A stretch of DNA of 64,000 bases from the NCBI GenBank assembly GCA_001929475.1, contig LXFE01002636.1, positions 1 through 64,000 on the forward strand, in the 5' to 3' direction. The notes under the pieces were generated by a model. The model did no database searches. It saw only the letters and a program-made list of their open reading frames with translations, and was not told the DNA's origin. Positions 51,634 through 64,000 of the stretch are shown piece by piece. This DNA is from Neolecta irregularis DAH-3. Taxonomy: Eukaryota. Made by a program: the position numbers and the translations under genes. Within the stretch, counting starts at the first letter, position 1, and every line of letters begins with the position of its first letter.

Positions 51634-51833
51634 CCTAAAACAACTTTTAAACCACACACCGACCTCAATTGGGTGGCAAAAGGAGTTAAGCGACCGCCAA
51701 CCGCAGGATTTAAACGTAAGAGCGCGCCGGAGATAGTGATCGTCGAGGAAAAAACATGAAATCGTCTGGTGGTTTAAATTCACAGCCCCAAGTTTCCAAA
51801 CTCTAAATCAGTCGCAATTCGAAATTGCATTCG

Positions 51834-53119
51834 ATGTCTACTACAAATATCTCAAAAATCGACAGAAAGAAAGAGCTTGAAGATGTTTTTCCGCTTATTA
51901 TGGACGAAATTGTTTCTCATCTCGAGTCAATTCAGATGCCCCGCGAAGGCGTAGAATGGTTGATACAGGTTGACTCTGAGCTTGTTCACCCCTCACCTGT
52001 TTAGAGTTTCTTTCAAAATGCACTGGGTGGAAAACTCAACAGAGGTCTGACAGTGGTCGATACTTATGAAATCCTCAAGGGCAACACTCTTTGTGAGTTA
52101 GAATTCTTGCGAGCAGCAATTCTGGGATGGTGCGTCGAGTTGGTAAAGTTGGTATTTTGGTATTTCTCATGTCCAGTTGCAAGCATTTTTCCTGGTAGAA
52201 GACGACATTATGGACGGATCCAAGACTCGACGAGGCCAAACTTGCTGGTATCTTCAAGTATGAAAGCTGTTTTCTTTCTTGTACAGCTTATATTTCAAGC
52301 CTCATGTCGGCATGATCGCAATCAATGACGGGTGTCTTCTTCAAGCTGTCATCTATTTTCTTCTAAAGAAACATTTTCGCAAAGAGTCCTATTATGTGGA
52401 TCTTGTTGAACTGTTTAGTGACGTAAGACTATTTTTATTTGACATAACATGTTTACAATCTTGGACAGACCTCTTTCCAGACCATGCTTGGTCAATTACT
52501 AGACTTGGTTACTGCACCGGAAGACAATGTCAATCTGAGCAAATTTTCCCTTGAAAGATATTCTTTTATTGTCATTTACAAGACGGCGTTCTACTCGTTT
52601 TACCTACCAGTCGCTCTGGCCATGTATATGTCCAACGTTAGTGATCCCATAGACTTGAAACAAGCCAAGGATATCCTTATTCCACTCGGAGAATACTTTC
52701 AAGTGCAAGTATGAATTATCTCACGATCTCTACTCATGGCAGGATGACTACCTGGACTGTTTCGGCGATCCTGCCGTCACCGGAAAAATTGGTACTGATA
52801 TCCAAGATAACAAGTGCAGTTGGGTTGTCAACATTGCTCTGCAGAAAGCATCCCCAGAGCAACGGCAAATCCTTGATGTGCGTTTCACGCTGGCTTTAAT
52901 CTGAATATATAGCAAAATTACGGCCGGAAAGACGCTAAATCCGAGAAAAGGGTCCGTGAAGTGTTTGATGCTCTTAATATTGTCGATGAATATCATCGAT
53001 ATGAAGAAGACACAATCAAGAAAATCCAAGCAATGATCGAGTGCATTGATGAATCTCGAGGACTCAAAAAGGCAGTCTTTGCTGCATTTGTGAGTAAAAT
53101 CTACAAAAGAAGTAAATAA
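51834..53119 (+). CDS. ERG20: Farnesyl pyrophosphate synthase
   Basis: [24 protein letters not shown] (FARM), [20 protein letters not shown] (SARM), [21 protein letters not shown]. Confidence 0.97.
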
Positions 53120-54122
53120 AAACAAATGAGCATTAACGCATCTACGCATCTACGCATCTAATCTATTTTTTGGTCCAAGGCGTTGGTAAATAATGTGTGA
53201 ACAAGTACAACTTTACGGTTTCAGAAATTCTTTCAATTTGCACAGTGCTTTGTAACGATGACTGATCAGGTTTTTGGTCGATTTGTCCATTTCTGCATAT
53301 CTGTTTTATTACAGGAAGCCAAAAAGACTAGGATCTTACGTTTCGTCGAAATTTCTTGGTTGGAATACTGCATCCCATCTAACTTCAGATTTTTAAGGAA
53401 TGGAGATCGTTACCCAAATTTGCCAGAACCCCGAGCCGGCACAATAAAACCCTGAGTCTTAATAAACGACTTTAAGAACAAAGAACCTCAGTTAACCCTT
53501 CAAATAAAACTACTTCTTCGCCAGGTCCCTTGCAATAAGCAAAAGTACAAATTGCCTTTGCGCCTTTGTCATCATAGTTGGCCAAAAGGTTGTTTAATCC
53601 TTCATGTCCAATATTTTGCATGAACCATTTTCTACACGATGTTTAATATATATCCGTGATGTGTAAACATACATGTATGGTCCTGGAAGCCCACCCAATG
53701 CATCAAATGCAAGACAAGTATCCTCAGTTATGACTGGTCTTCGCAGCTTATAGATGAGCTCTTATCAAGAATTTATCCAAATACAATCTCGGCAGCTTTG
53801 CGACACTTTGCTTTTGCAACATCCCGCGTCGTACCTTGTATTTCATCCACTTGTACCTATTCAGCCCAATTTATTGTAACAATTACAGTCAAGCGAATGA
53901 GATGTGATGGCAAAAGTCGGCCCTAGGATTTCTTGCACTTCCTGCAGTTTTTTTAGATTTCCTGTGACGAAAACTGGTATTTGATTTGCCATGGATTATA
54001 ATACCATGCCTTTGGTGGAGGTAAAACTTTTGTTTGCTAATCGGAATGTTTTCATCTCGCGCCAAAAGTTGACACCCTGATCTCCCCCTTTTGCCTTCTT
54101 TTTGCCTTAATCTATTTGTATA

Positions 54123-55507
54123 ATGGCTACCCTGGCAGTAATCTCTCCAAAGGATTCTCGACCTTCTCGTTACCGTTCGCTTCGAAACACTCTTGGAAAA
54201 GAATCGCAGGAATATGGAAAGATCCCTCTTGCTCAACCAGATCGCGATACACGTCCTTGTCGTCCAAAAGGCTTGGAGATTCACATTCCCGATGAAAAAG
54301 AACCGAGTTTCAATCAATTATCACAAAATAGTCCAATATGGAGTATCAATTCGGCCGAATCAAAACTAAACCCCCGTCGTAGAACACATATGGCCTCTAG
54401 AAATGTTCCTATCTACGTTGGGAAAGATAGCATTCACTTTATTACGGTGGATTCAAGTACAACTGCACTCGATGTCACCCAGGATCTCATCGCCAAGGCC
54501 CAAAAGAAGGATCCTCTCGCCCTATCTTGGAATGATACCATGCTCATAGAAATGACTCCAGAGTTGGAACTCTTCCGGTACCTCAGGCCATTTGAGCCAG
54601 TTGCGGATTTACTAGATGGCTGGGAAAAGGACCACAAAAACTTTCTTAAGTTGGTAGAAATTGACGAGCTAACGAAATCAAAGTATATGGTAACACAGCA
54701 TCATTCTTCCGGTTCTGACTACGAAGCCCGCTCCGCTGCGTGAACCTTGTTTTACTGGAAAAATATGGATATCCGGACGAAGGAAACAATGCATAGCAAC
54801 CATACAGAACGGGACTTTTATTGTGACCTTTAGTGCGTCAGTACCGTTTCATCGCAAGGCTTTTGGTTTGGAAAACAAAAATAAGAAAAGGGAAATCATT
54901 TGTGGGTTGTCAGAGTTTGACGTTTATCTTCCGATCGATCCCAAGAAATCTGCTAAAGTATTCACTTTTGCTTTAAAATCCCAGAGGAAAGCATCTATGT
55001 TTCTTGATCGGAGCGATTACATACATTATTTCCGACTTGAGAAACAATCAGATGCAAATGCTTGGATTCAGAATCTTTTCGAGGCCAAGGTAGTTCTATT
55101 TCTACCAAAACGCAGTTGACCTTTATTCAGAGTTGGATCATTACATCAGCTGGCCATGAACCAGTATCAACTGAAAGGCGAAAAGAGGTACTAAAGAGAA
55201 TGTCGTATTTTCATACGCTAACCACGCAGGGCGGCCCGTTTTTCTCTGCTGAAGAGCTGAAAAGTACTAAGGATCAATTTCCTTTGGTCTCTCTCAAGAA
55301 AAACAAAGTTTGTCTCTTTGGCAATGAATTATCAAGTTTATTATGCAGTCTACAAAATCTACAAAGAAACCTTTGGATCATGAAATAGTACTATTCAAGG
55401 AAGGCGGACTCCTGTCCCAAGCAATTCACCAACACAAGTATCCGCGCCCAGCGACTGCGAGATCGAATCAAAGCAAGAGGACTGGTCCGCTTCTTGATTT
55501 CTCGTAG
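54123..55507 (+). CDS. Ras-association (RA) + PH domain adaptor (Grb7/MRL-like module)
   Basis: RA-like ITVDSSTTALDV...LIEMTPELELFRYLRPFEPVADLLDGW, then PH-like LSEFDVY...FALKSQ...YIHYF...AWIQ. Confidence 0.7.
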
Positions 55508-55748
55508 GGACTGTGGAGAATAAGATTGTTAAAGATCCAACAGCTACTAATCTATATGTATATTCACACGCAACCACGCGCATAGAAGAACCCCATTGAC
55601 CCAGATAGACCATCTCCACAGTGAACATAAAGCCCCGATAGTACAACTTCACCGACAAAATAGAACCATCCATCCCTGAAACCATAAAACCCCTCCGCAT
55701 CGCCTATGCAATATCTCTATTTTCTCCCTTAGCTTGTTCAAATGAGTG

Positions 55749-57824
55749 TCATTGTAGTTTATGGACTTGTCCGTGTCCGCTGCCATTCGCCTGGGGAGGA
55801 GACCGTCGAGTGCCATTGGATCCATTCGTACTAATTTCGTTCATCGACATTCCACGAAAACCGTTGCTTAGGAAATCATTGACTTGACCAAACCCCATTC
55901 CGTGATCGCGGCCGTCTTGTTGATTATTCTGCGAATTGCATCGAAGACAAGCGTTTCGAAGTCGCGAATTTGCAAATCCGCAGCGACAAAGCCATTCGTT
56001 GTCGTCATTGCCATTCTCAGCCAAAGACGAGAATGTTGCTCGACCATAGTCGCCATTTGAAGGAAAAGCGCCCGAGGCAGTTGCAAAAGACGGTGCAATT
56101 GGAGAATAAGTAATGCCGTTACCCGTTGGTCGGCTTCCAATTGGCGAAATAGCTGAACCATATCCTTGGTTTGCCTGGTGGTGACAACTACTGTGCGGGG
56201 CATAAGTCGGTGAGAATGGCGACTGGACACTTTCTCGATGTGTAATGACAGAAGTGTTTAGTGGTGGCAACATTGGATTTCCTTGGTTTTCCGAGACCAT
56301 AGCAGCAGTTGCTTTACCAGCACCGCATCGAAGACATGCAATATTTTTGGCAAAGTTGTGATAACCACAGCCATCAGATCCACATTTCCAGTCACCCGCT
56401 CGGAAAGGAACAGACCCTCCTGGCGGTGGAGGTCGCATAACAAGAGAATGAGTTGCAGCCATTGGTGCATTAGACGAATGCATTCCACCGCTAGAATGCG
56501 ACCCATATCCTACATATACATTGACGTTTTCCGATCCATTGGCACTCGGTGGAACTGCCGGGAATTGGCATCGAAAACATGCAGTTCGTCGTTGAAAGTT
56601 GCTAAAGTGACACGATGGACAGTTCCAATCTCCTGGTCGAGGACGATTTTTACTAGGCTAGAAGTAAGAGGCAATATTAGAGTTTGAATCATTTACAGGA
56701 AATGGAGTCAAGATCTCAAAAGCACTTGCGCGTTCCAAAACTCGACTGCTGCTGGGTGATACTTCGATAGCACGTTCGCCAAGTGCCTTTCCATTCATTC
56801 CAAGACTTTCCGCAGCCTGTTGTATTAGTAAGAGTTTTATCAGAAAAGATTCATACCTCCTCATGAGACGAAAAAACTGCAAATCCACTGCCTGTGGGTT
56901 TTTGCTGATCTGGAGTTCTAAAAGTCCAAAAAGCAGTAGGTCGTCCACCATGCTGGGTAAACCAACTTTCAAGCTCTGATTGAGTGGTATCGTGAGGGAG
57001 ATTGCGCATATGAATGATCTTTGATCTTTCTTCCAAGAAAGCTCGAACATCTGCTCGACCATCGAGTGGCCGAGAAAAGATGTCTTGATGTTGTTCTGCA
57101 GGAACAGATTTCCTGACGATTTGTCGAACAACCTGAGCGAGAATCAAGCAGATCTCAGAAGCGCGTCTAGGTAGAGTCTGTATCTGATGATATGTATTAT
57201 GCTGGGCATTCGGATGTGGATCGACATCTAGAGCGGCACAGATGTTGGTCAAGGATGACGGACCAAACACCAGAGCTTCTGGATGGTGAACTTGCCACTT
57301 TGTATACTCGGCTCGAAGTTCATATGTCCGTGAATGTTGGAGATAGAGCGGAAGGGCAACATGTTTATCTCGAGCCTCTCGAGGGATCTGCACTCTGATG
57401 TCCCATGAATCGAGAACTGCAAAACTAAACTCTAATCCCTTATCGATAAGATGCTCTTGAACAAAAGAATCAAATCGGTGAATTCCTTCTCGAAAGATTC
57501 CAGCGGACCGCACATGTTCCCAAGTGAGTCCAGCCAGGCTTGCTACAAAGGGTCAGTAGGGGCGGATCAAGGTGTTTTCGCCATACTGCAAGCCTCGGTA
57601 ACCGGTGTATTTTGTGGGCGGATAAGGATGCTATCGCGATGTTTCTTCGAATAAATCAGCATGTAAATAGCGACTTGGCATACCTCTGTCAGGGTTTTCG
57701 TGTCAAGAACAATCCATGCAAGCTCGATGACCTCCGAGCTATCTTTACCAACACACACGTTATGATCGTCGCAGGTACACGAAACATGAAGAACAATAAC
57801 GGCGTCGAGACTCTCCGGTAGCAT
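55749..57824 (-). CDS. NRP1: Nrp1-like RNA-binding protein (exonuclease-like domain + RRM + RanBP2 zinc fingers)
   Basis: MRNLPHDTTQSELESWF, GSGFAVFSSHEE, RPGDWNCPSCHFSNFQRRTACFRC, RAGDWKC...CGYHNFAKNIACLRC. Confidence 0.9.
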
Positions 57825-57998
57825 GGCGGAGTAGGAGTGTGTTGGTGATATACAGGGGTAGCCGGAAGGAGGGAGGAGGAAGGGACAGCGTGGTGGTGAA
57901 AAAAAAAGAGCCAAGCCGATATAAAGCAAGACAGTCACAAAACTCTTTACACGTATATACGATACAACGAGAACTATCTAGTTGGATCTGTTCGAGTA

Positions 57999-60900
57999 CT
58001 ACTCTGCTGCTTCAGCGGGATCACCAGCTAAAACTTCGAGAAGTTTCCGTATCGATACTTCAAACCGAGCCAGCGCATTCTTGGCAATAGTATCCGTAAC
58101 AGCTTTGGTCTATTCCTTCTAAGAACATGTACTTTACGAGATAATACCTCACTAATCTCTGCGGCCATATCGTAGACTTTTTGTAACTTTGTCGAGTTGC
58201 ACTCGTTTGTGATATGTAATTTGCATAAAATGGAACATAGTGCTCTCCTTTCGTCCTCTATTCATGAGACAAAGATTTCCAAATTAGTGCCGTACTCGTG
58301 CCTATCTGCACTATTTGATGAAGAGCGTCGAGCGCCAGGTCCAGATGAATATCCACATTGAGCATTTTCTTGGGTTCTGTTTTATATTTCAACGAAATCT
58401 CTTGAGCCGCTGCAAGTTTACGAGGATCTGTCCAATCAACTAACTGAGCGGCAATTTGGACAGGCGGCAGCATCTCTTCTTCCTCTTCCAACTCACTGTA
58501 AATTCGTGAAAGCTTATGTAATGCGGAGATGGAGATCTTGAGCAAGTCAGTCTTTCGAATATCTCAAGCTCCAACCTTTTGCATACGATATTGGTTTTCA
58601 GGGACAGAATGACAATAAACTGGTAGAAAGTAGCTGAGTGCTTGACGGAGAGGTAAGTTGGTACTTGTGGAAGGTTCCATGTACAGTACAATAAGCGTTT
58701 CAAGAAGCTGTTGTTATTTAGCTCATACGACACTGATACACGTACCTCGTCATCTTTCAAAACCGAAGATAACATCAGCTTCGCAGCACCAATGCAAGCA
58801 TTGGCTTGAACTTCAGGCGCATCTTCCAGAGATAATGCCTTTATGAAAAATTTGACAAGTTGATCAAAAGAGAGGGATCGATCGCCAAGCACTTTATCAG
58901 CATGTACCATTACAATATCAGATATAATGTGGATCGCTTCTATCTGCAATACTTCATGACCTTGGTGAAAACAATGAATAAACAGCATCAAATTTTCAGT
59001 TGCAAGAACCTAGTTATTAGACTGCAAAACGACGGAGTAGGCACGCTATCCAGTAGACAGCAAAGTCCCAAGCAATGAAGACCTCGTTCCCGAACAGGAG
59101 CTTCATGGCTTCTGACAGAAGGTACAATAAGAGCGCTCAAGATGCTTTTCAGCTGACTGTTATATTGTAATCCCTAGCAAATTAGCCCAAATTTAAAGGG
59201 ACCAGTCTTACTCCAGATATATTTTCCAATAAGCACTGGACAATATGCAGACATCTCATGTTTACGATAATTTCCTTAACAAGTCGTTCTTCGCCCGTGT
59301 CAATCACAGATGGTGATTCAGGCTCCTTCCTATGAGTTCTAGCGATGTGTTTCCTGGGCGAAGTTCTGGGTGTAGTTTGATCAGAAGTGTCAGAATGTGC
59401 AGAATGAAATGATTCATTTGCCGGTGTCCCAGGTATAGATGTGTTTTCTCCAATAGTGATACTGTCGATGGTATCGTGGAGATCAGAGATAACTTCCAAG
59501 ATAATTTGACAGAAATCTGTTTCGCGAGGCGTAATAACTTTGATTACTTCAACTGTCCTGGCAGTGAGACTTTCGCCCAAGTCACTTGAGCGCAAAAGTT
59601 CGCCTGATAATAAGCAAGCAAAAAATCAAGTTTCTTACGAAGTATAGTAAACATCTTGCGCCTTCCAATTTCGTCGCTATAATCCATGGTAGAAGCGATC
59701 ATCAGTAATTGCTCTACAATAAACTCAACTTCTTGTCTCATTTCTTCATCTGAGTTTCTTAGTTTAGAGACGTATTCGTGTATAATAAAAGCCAATTCGG
59801 TTACTTCTGGCATTCGATCTTCAATAAGATGCGAGACTTGGTTGTTTTCGTAGCAAAATTCGTTAAATGTTCGAGCCAAAAAAGCCGATTCTGCGGTCAA
59901 GTTGTTCCAGATAAAATCTGTTTATTCAGTTGAGAATGAGCAACGCCAGATACCATTGAATTCTATACCCTCCATGAACTCGGGCCTGGTTTTAAAAAAT
60001 CTCATTATAGCCTCTTCAGCGATTTTGCTATTGACCACATCAAGCCTTTCGAAAAGCTGAATGTTAGTACTAATAGATGATTGCCAAACACCTCGAGAAT
60101 ATCATCATTCGCATGTCCAATCCACCCCATTGAAAACATATTTGTCGCCGCTTTTTGGACTTGGGCATCTCGATCTCGAAGGCCCCAACGAAGAAGTTTT
60201 TCTCGTTTTCCTATGCTGAGAAGCCTGAAATCTCCCAATTCATTCAAAGTGCGCGAGTAGACGTATTTCCTATTTATCGCATCTAAATCGCGGGCCCGCT
60301 CAAGAAGGTACGGCAATGTAATTTTACTTTGCGCTAGATTCAATAAAACGGCTCTACGAACTTCTCTGAGTCCTTTAGTATCCTTTGATATCAGATTTTG
60401 ACGTACGCACTAGGGTCGTGCTGTAACAGTTCCAGAAGAACTGCTTGTATTCCTTCCCCACTTTCGTCTTCACCTTGTAGTCTTGCCAAAGCCGAAACTG
60501 CTTGCGCTCGGACCGAAGTCTCGCGATCTCGTACTCGCTTCATTAATCCTAATAGCAAAGCTTGGTACAGGTCGTCACTATGTAGATCAATAAACACGCT
60601 CATGACGATGGGAATACTCTATTTCTCCAAGACATGCCATAACCATTGCAATTGACTGGCAAACGCGTAAGCGGACAGATTTCTCCTTGGCTTCTAGGCC
60701 TCGTAGTAAATGAGTAATAAAAAAGGCGACGAAACGCATTGTTGTTGAATCTTCGTCGTCTTCCATCATGTCTTGCCGTTTAGTTGCATCTGTAATTCTC
60801 AGTGAGCGCATGCCGTCGATATACCCTTTTTTTGAATATGTTGTACAAATGCAGCAGAAAACCTGATAATCCGATCTGAAGTAGGTTCACTCTTTTTGAG

Positions 60901-61095
60901 CGGCAAAATTCGATTAAAATTCCGCTTAAACTCGTCATTAAAGGCTCTTTCGCCCTTTAAAGCATGCTTGGTCGCGCAAGCATCTTGAATTGACCGGAGA
61001 GAATTGACTAGCTTTCTGTGTGTAGCTGTGGTTCTTTGCGCGTCTGAAAAAATTAGAGGAAGAGTCGAACAAATGTTTTCGACTGGATCTGCCAT
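57999..61095 (-). CDS. YCG1: Condensin HEAT subunit Ycg1/Cnd3 (CAP-G)
   Basis: IFSDAQRTTATHRKL, AKEKSVRLRVCQ, RVRDRETSVRAQAV, LLERARDLD, DYSDEIGRRKM, LVDWTDPRK. Confidence 0.93.
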
Positions 61096-61208
61096 GCTGG
61101 CAATCAAATATTCGGATGCAAGATAATAATAGTTGTATACAAAATAGCTCAATCGCGTCGGGGTGGTGTTGTTTCAGATAACTGCCTCTTGTTGTTTTTG
61201 TTCCCAGT

Positions 61209-62506
61209 ATGTTTGGTTCTTTTATACGCAGAAATATGCGTGCTGTAAAGCTCTGTTCACCGGTGGTTGATGATTTTGCTGGAGCTGTTGGGGGTACGCG
61301 TCTCGTATGTGATTTTTTTAATTGCTGCGTCTGAGAAATGCAGATTCGGTTGAACAACGTGTCTCGGGCGACAGGATGTGATATTTACGGCAAAGCAGAG
61401 TTCATGAATCCTGGAGGTTCAATCAAAGACCGCGCTGCGCTTTATGTTGTTCAAAATGCGGAAAGAGAAGGGTTGATTAAACCTCAAGGCACGATTGTGG
61501 AAGGTACGGCTGGAAACACGGGAATTGGTCTGGCACATATATGTCGGACCAGAGGATACAAGTGCGTGATATACATGCCAAACACCCAAGTAACGAGCTT
61601 GATACACCTATTCTTACTCTTTGAAGAGCCCAGCAAAAGTGGATCTGCTCCGCATGTTGGGCTGCCAAGTATATCCAGTGCCGGTACGATTCACTGGTAC
61701 TCAGGCTCATAAGAGGCTGTTGCGTTCGATGACCCGGAAAACTACAATCAGTATCGTTCATTTTCTGCTCTTGTCGCTTATGGACAAGCCAGGCAAGACG
61801 CCATGCCGAACGACTAGAAAACGCGGCTTGGACAAATCAGTTTGACAACATGGCAAACCGACAAGCGCATATTGAAACAACTGGGCCCGAGATCTGGGAC
61901 CAACTCCAAGGAAAGGTCACTTTTTTCCTTTTCATCTTTGCTTGACTATCTCGCAGGTTGACGGGTTTGTTTGCGCAACCGGGACGGGAGGAACTCTTGC
62001 AGGAGTCTCACGATTCCTCAAAGAGAAGAGCGAGGGTAAGACTCAATGTTATCTAGCAGATCCGCCGGGGAGTGTGCTCTACAGCTATATCAAATCTAGG
62101 GGTAAACTAAGATATCGAACAGGAAGTTCAATAACTGAGGGCATCGGTCAAGGTCGAGTCACGGAAAACTTAAAGCCAGATATCAGCTTGATCGATGACG
62201 CTCTCTATATACCAGACGAGAAATCCATAGAAATGCTTTACTGTCTGCTTGATGAGGAAGGTCTGTATTTAGGAGCTTCAAGTGCACTCAATGTTGTTGC
62301 TGCTTATGAAATGGCTAAAATTCTTGGACCTGGGAAGAAAATAGTTACTGTTCTTTGCGGTATAAGCAAGCATTACAAAACACTACTCACTGTCAGATGG
62401 CGCATATCGATACCAAACACAGTTATTTAGTCGGAAATGGCTCGATAGCAAAGGTTTAGTCTCTGCAATCCCTTCCCATCTACAAAAATATATTGTCTTG
62501 GCCTAA
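61209..62506 (+). CDS. Cysteine synthase (O-acetylserine sulfhydrylase)
   Basis: [14 protein letters not shown] (PLP lysine), [28 protein letters not shown]. The start may be at 61209 or 61236. Confidence 0.93.
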
Positions 62507-62693
62507 ACTTGTCGGTCGGATATTAATTGTTTGACGAAGTACTCTAGATGACACATTGAATTATGTTGATACCCCCTGTAATGCAGTCGTAGTTACAGGA
62601 CACCCCAGAAGGTGTTAGATCAAGCCCCTAAAGGATTACAAAAAAGCTATTGGATGATACACACAAACTATCAAACAAGTTTACAATCCACTT

Positions 62694-64000
62694 TTAAACA
62701 CCAACCCATCGTCTTGCAGATCTAAACATCTCGATCCAAGGGCCAAAATCACCCCATTCTTCCAATTTTCCATCGGGAACCCAGCTGTTCGCTTCGGCCA
62801 ATATAACTCGTTCTGGATGTGGCATCAGTGCAAGAACTCGTCCGTCTGAACTTTGCACGCCGGCTACAGCATCTATGCTGCCGTTGGGATTATACGGAAA
62901 GTGTTGAGTGGGATTGCCATGATTATCTGTGTATCGAAGGACTATGTGCCCATTGCCTTTGGCCCGCAATAAATGATCCTCGGTTGTGAAAACAGCACGA
63001 CCTTCCCCATGGGCACAGACAGCCGGGAAGTTCGATCTAGCCATACTAGATAAGAACACAGAATTGATTTTAGGCGTGTCCATTACTTTCAACATGGAAA
63101 CTCGGGCTTCGAATTGTTCGCTTATATTACGCTGAAAAGACGGCCAATGTTCGGCACCAGGTATCAATTCCCTGAGATAACTCAAGAACTGACATCCGTT
63201 ACAAACTCCAAGCGTAAATGTATCTTTTCTACTCAAGAATCGAAGAAATTCACGACGCATTTTTTGGTGAAAAAGGACTGATTTAGCCCATCCAGCACCA
63301 GCACCTAAAACATCTCCATAGGAAAACCCTCCGCATGCTGCGATTCCTACAAATGAGTCGAGTGTGACTTTTCCAGATAATAGATCAGTCATATGGACAT
63401 CAACAGCAGTAAACCCCGACGAGTGAAACGCAAAAGCCATTTCGGAGTGGCCATTGATACCTTGTTCCCTGAGAATTGCAACTCTTGGACGCGATGAGAG
63501 CTGAATGGGAAGAATTGTTGTAACATGATTAAAAGTTAACTGATAGGATAACCCAGGATCAGGGCTCAAAATTGTTTCGTACTCTTGCTCGGCACAACTT
63601 GGGTTATCTCGAAGTTTTTGCATGGTGTATGACGTTTCCGCCCATGTGCTCTGAAGTTGTCCGCGGGTAGAAGAGAATAAGATTGAGCCATTGTGAAGGA
63701 TTGTGAAATCATCCGTCTCTTGAACTGACGCAATGACGTGAATTGAAGTGGTAGATATTCCACGATTATTAAGGACGGCTGAAAATTCGTCCCTATCTTT
63801 CTCCAGGATTTGGAAAACAGCTCCAAGTTCTTCGTTAAAGAGGGTAGTAATTGCATCTTGTGTATCCAGCTTATCCAGGTCGACTAAGACTCCAGTCCTG
63901 CCGGCAAAAGACATTTCGGCGATAGTTGTAAATAAACCACCGTCAGATCGGTCGTGATATGCCAATACGAGTCGTTGCTTTCGATGCAGGTCTCCAAGAG
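62694..64000 (-). CDS. ADE6: Phosphoribosylformylglycinamidine synthase, 3' part (extends beyond the window)
   Basis: YHDRSDGG, LFNEELGAV, AILREQG, GGFSYGDVLGAG, GVCNGCQ, NPNGS, MPHPER. Confidence 0.98.
   Translation of the reverse strand, partial: LGDLHRKQRLVLAYHDRSDGGLFTTIAEMSFAGRTGVLVDLDKLDTQDAITTLFNEELGAVFQILEKDRDEFSAVLNNRGISTTSIHVIASVQETDDFTILHNGSILFSSTRGQLQSTWAETSYTMQKLRDNPSCAEQEYETILSPDPGLSYQLTFNHVTTILPIQLSSRPRVAILREQGINGHSEMAFAFHSSGFTAVDVHMTDLLSGKVTLDSFVGIAACGGFSYGDVLGAGAGWAKSVLFHQKMRREFLRFLSRKDTFTLGVCNGCQFLSYLRELIPGAEHWPSFQRNISEQFEARVSMLKVMDTPKINSVFLSSMARSNFPAVCAHGEGRAVFTTEDHLLRAKGNGHIVLRYTDNHGNPTQHFPYNPNGSIDAVAGVQSSDGRVLALMPHPERVILAEANSWVPDGKLEEWGDFGPWIEMFRSARRWVGV

Noticed and set aside
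53258-54317. ORFs between ERG20 and the RA-PH gene
   Set aside because: They are short or antisense to a better-supported gene and have no motifs.
1-64000. CRISPR arrays, tRNA/rRNA genes, prokaryotic defence systems
   Set aside because: The DNA is eukaryotic and intron-rich. I saw no repeat-spacer array, cloverleaf or rRNA sequence.

Overview
Gene-dense fungal nuclear DNA, not prokaryotic. It carries about 30 protein-coding genes split by very short introns (the ones I delimited are 32-45 nt) and has very small intergenic gaps. The architecture suggests an early-diverging ascomycete (Taphrinomycotina, Neolecta-like), which is an inference. The first ~5.4 kb is accessory: transposon-like ends, an LTR remnant at an assembly gap, and an orphan gene with three internal repeats that the ORF track shows as seven fragments but which splices into one 623-aa frame. 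The rest is mostly housekeeping: FAL1, APD1, CRM1, mitochondrial L3, AGX1, VPS29, VTC1, COQ2, CCDC25/JLP2, NDC1, CYT2, MVD1, ELP1, COX8, MTR4, CDC16, CDC23, ERG20, NRP1, YCG1, cysteine synthase and the 3' part of ADE6. Notable extras are an Acm1-like APC/C pseudosubstrate inhibitor recognisable only from its motifs, a stand-alone HIRAN protein, an RA-PH adaptor, a solo LTR with an intact target-site duplication, and non-canonical splice sites. All gene models were assembled by eye and no database searches were run.
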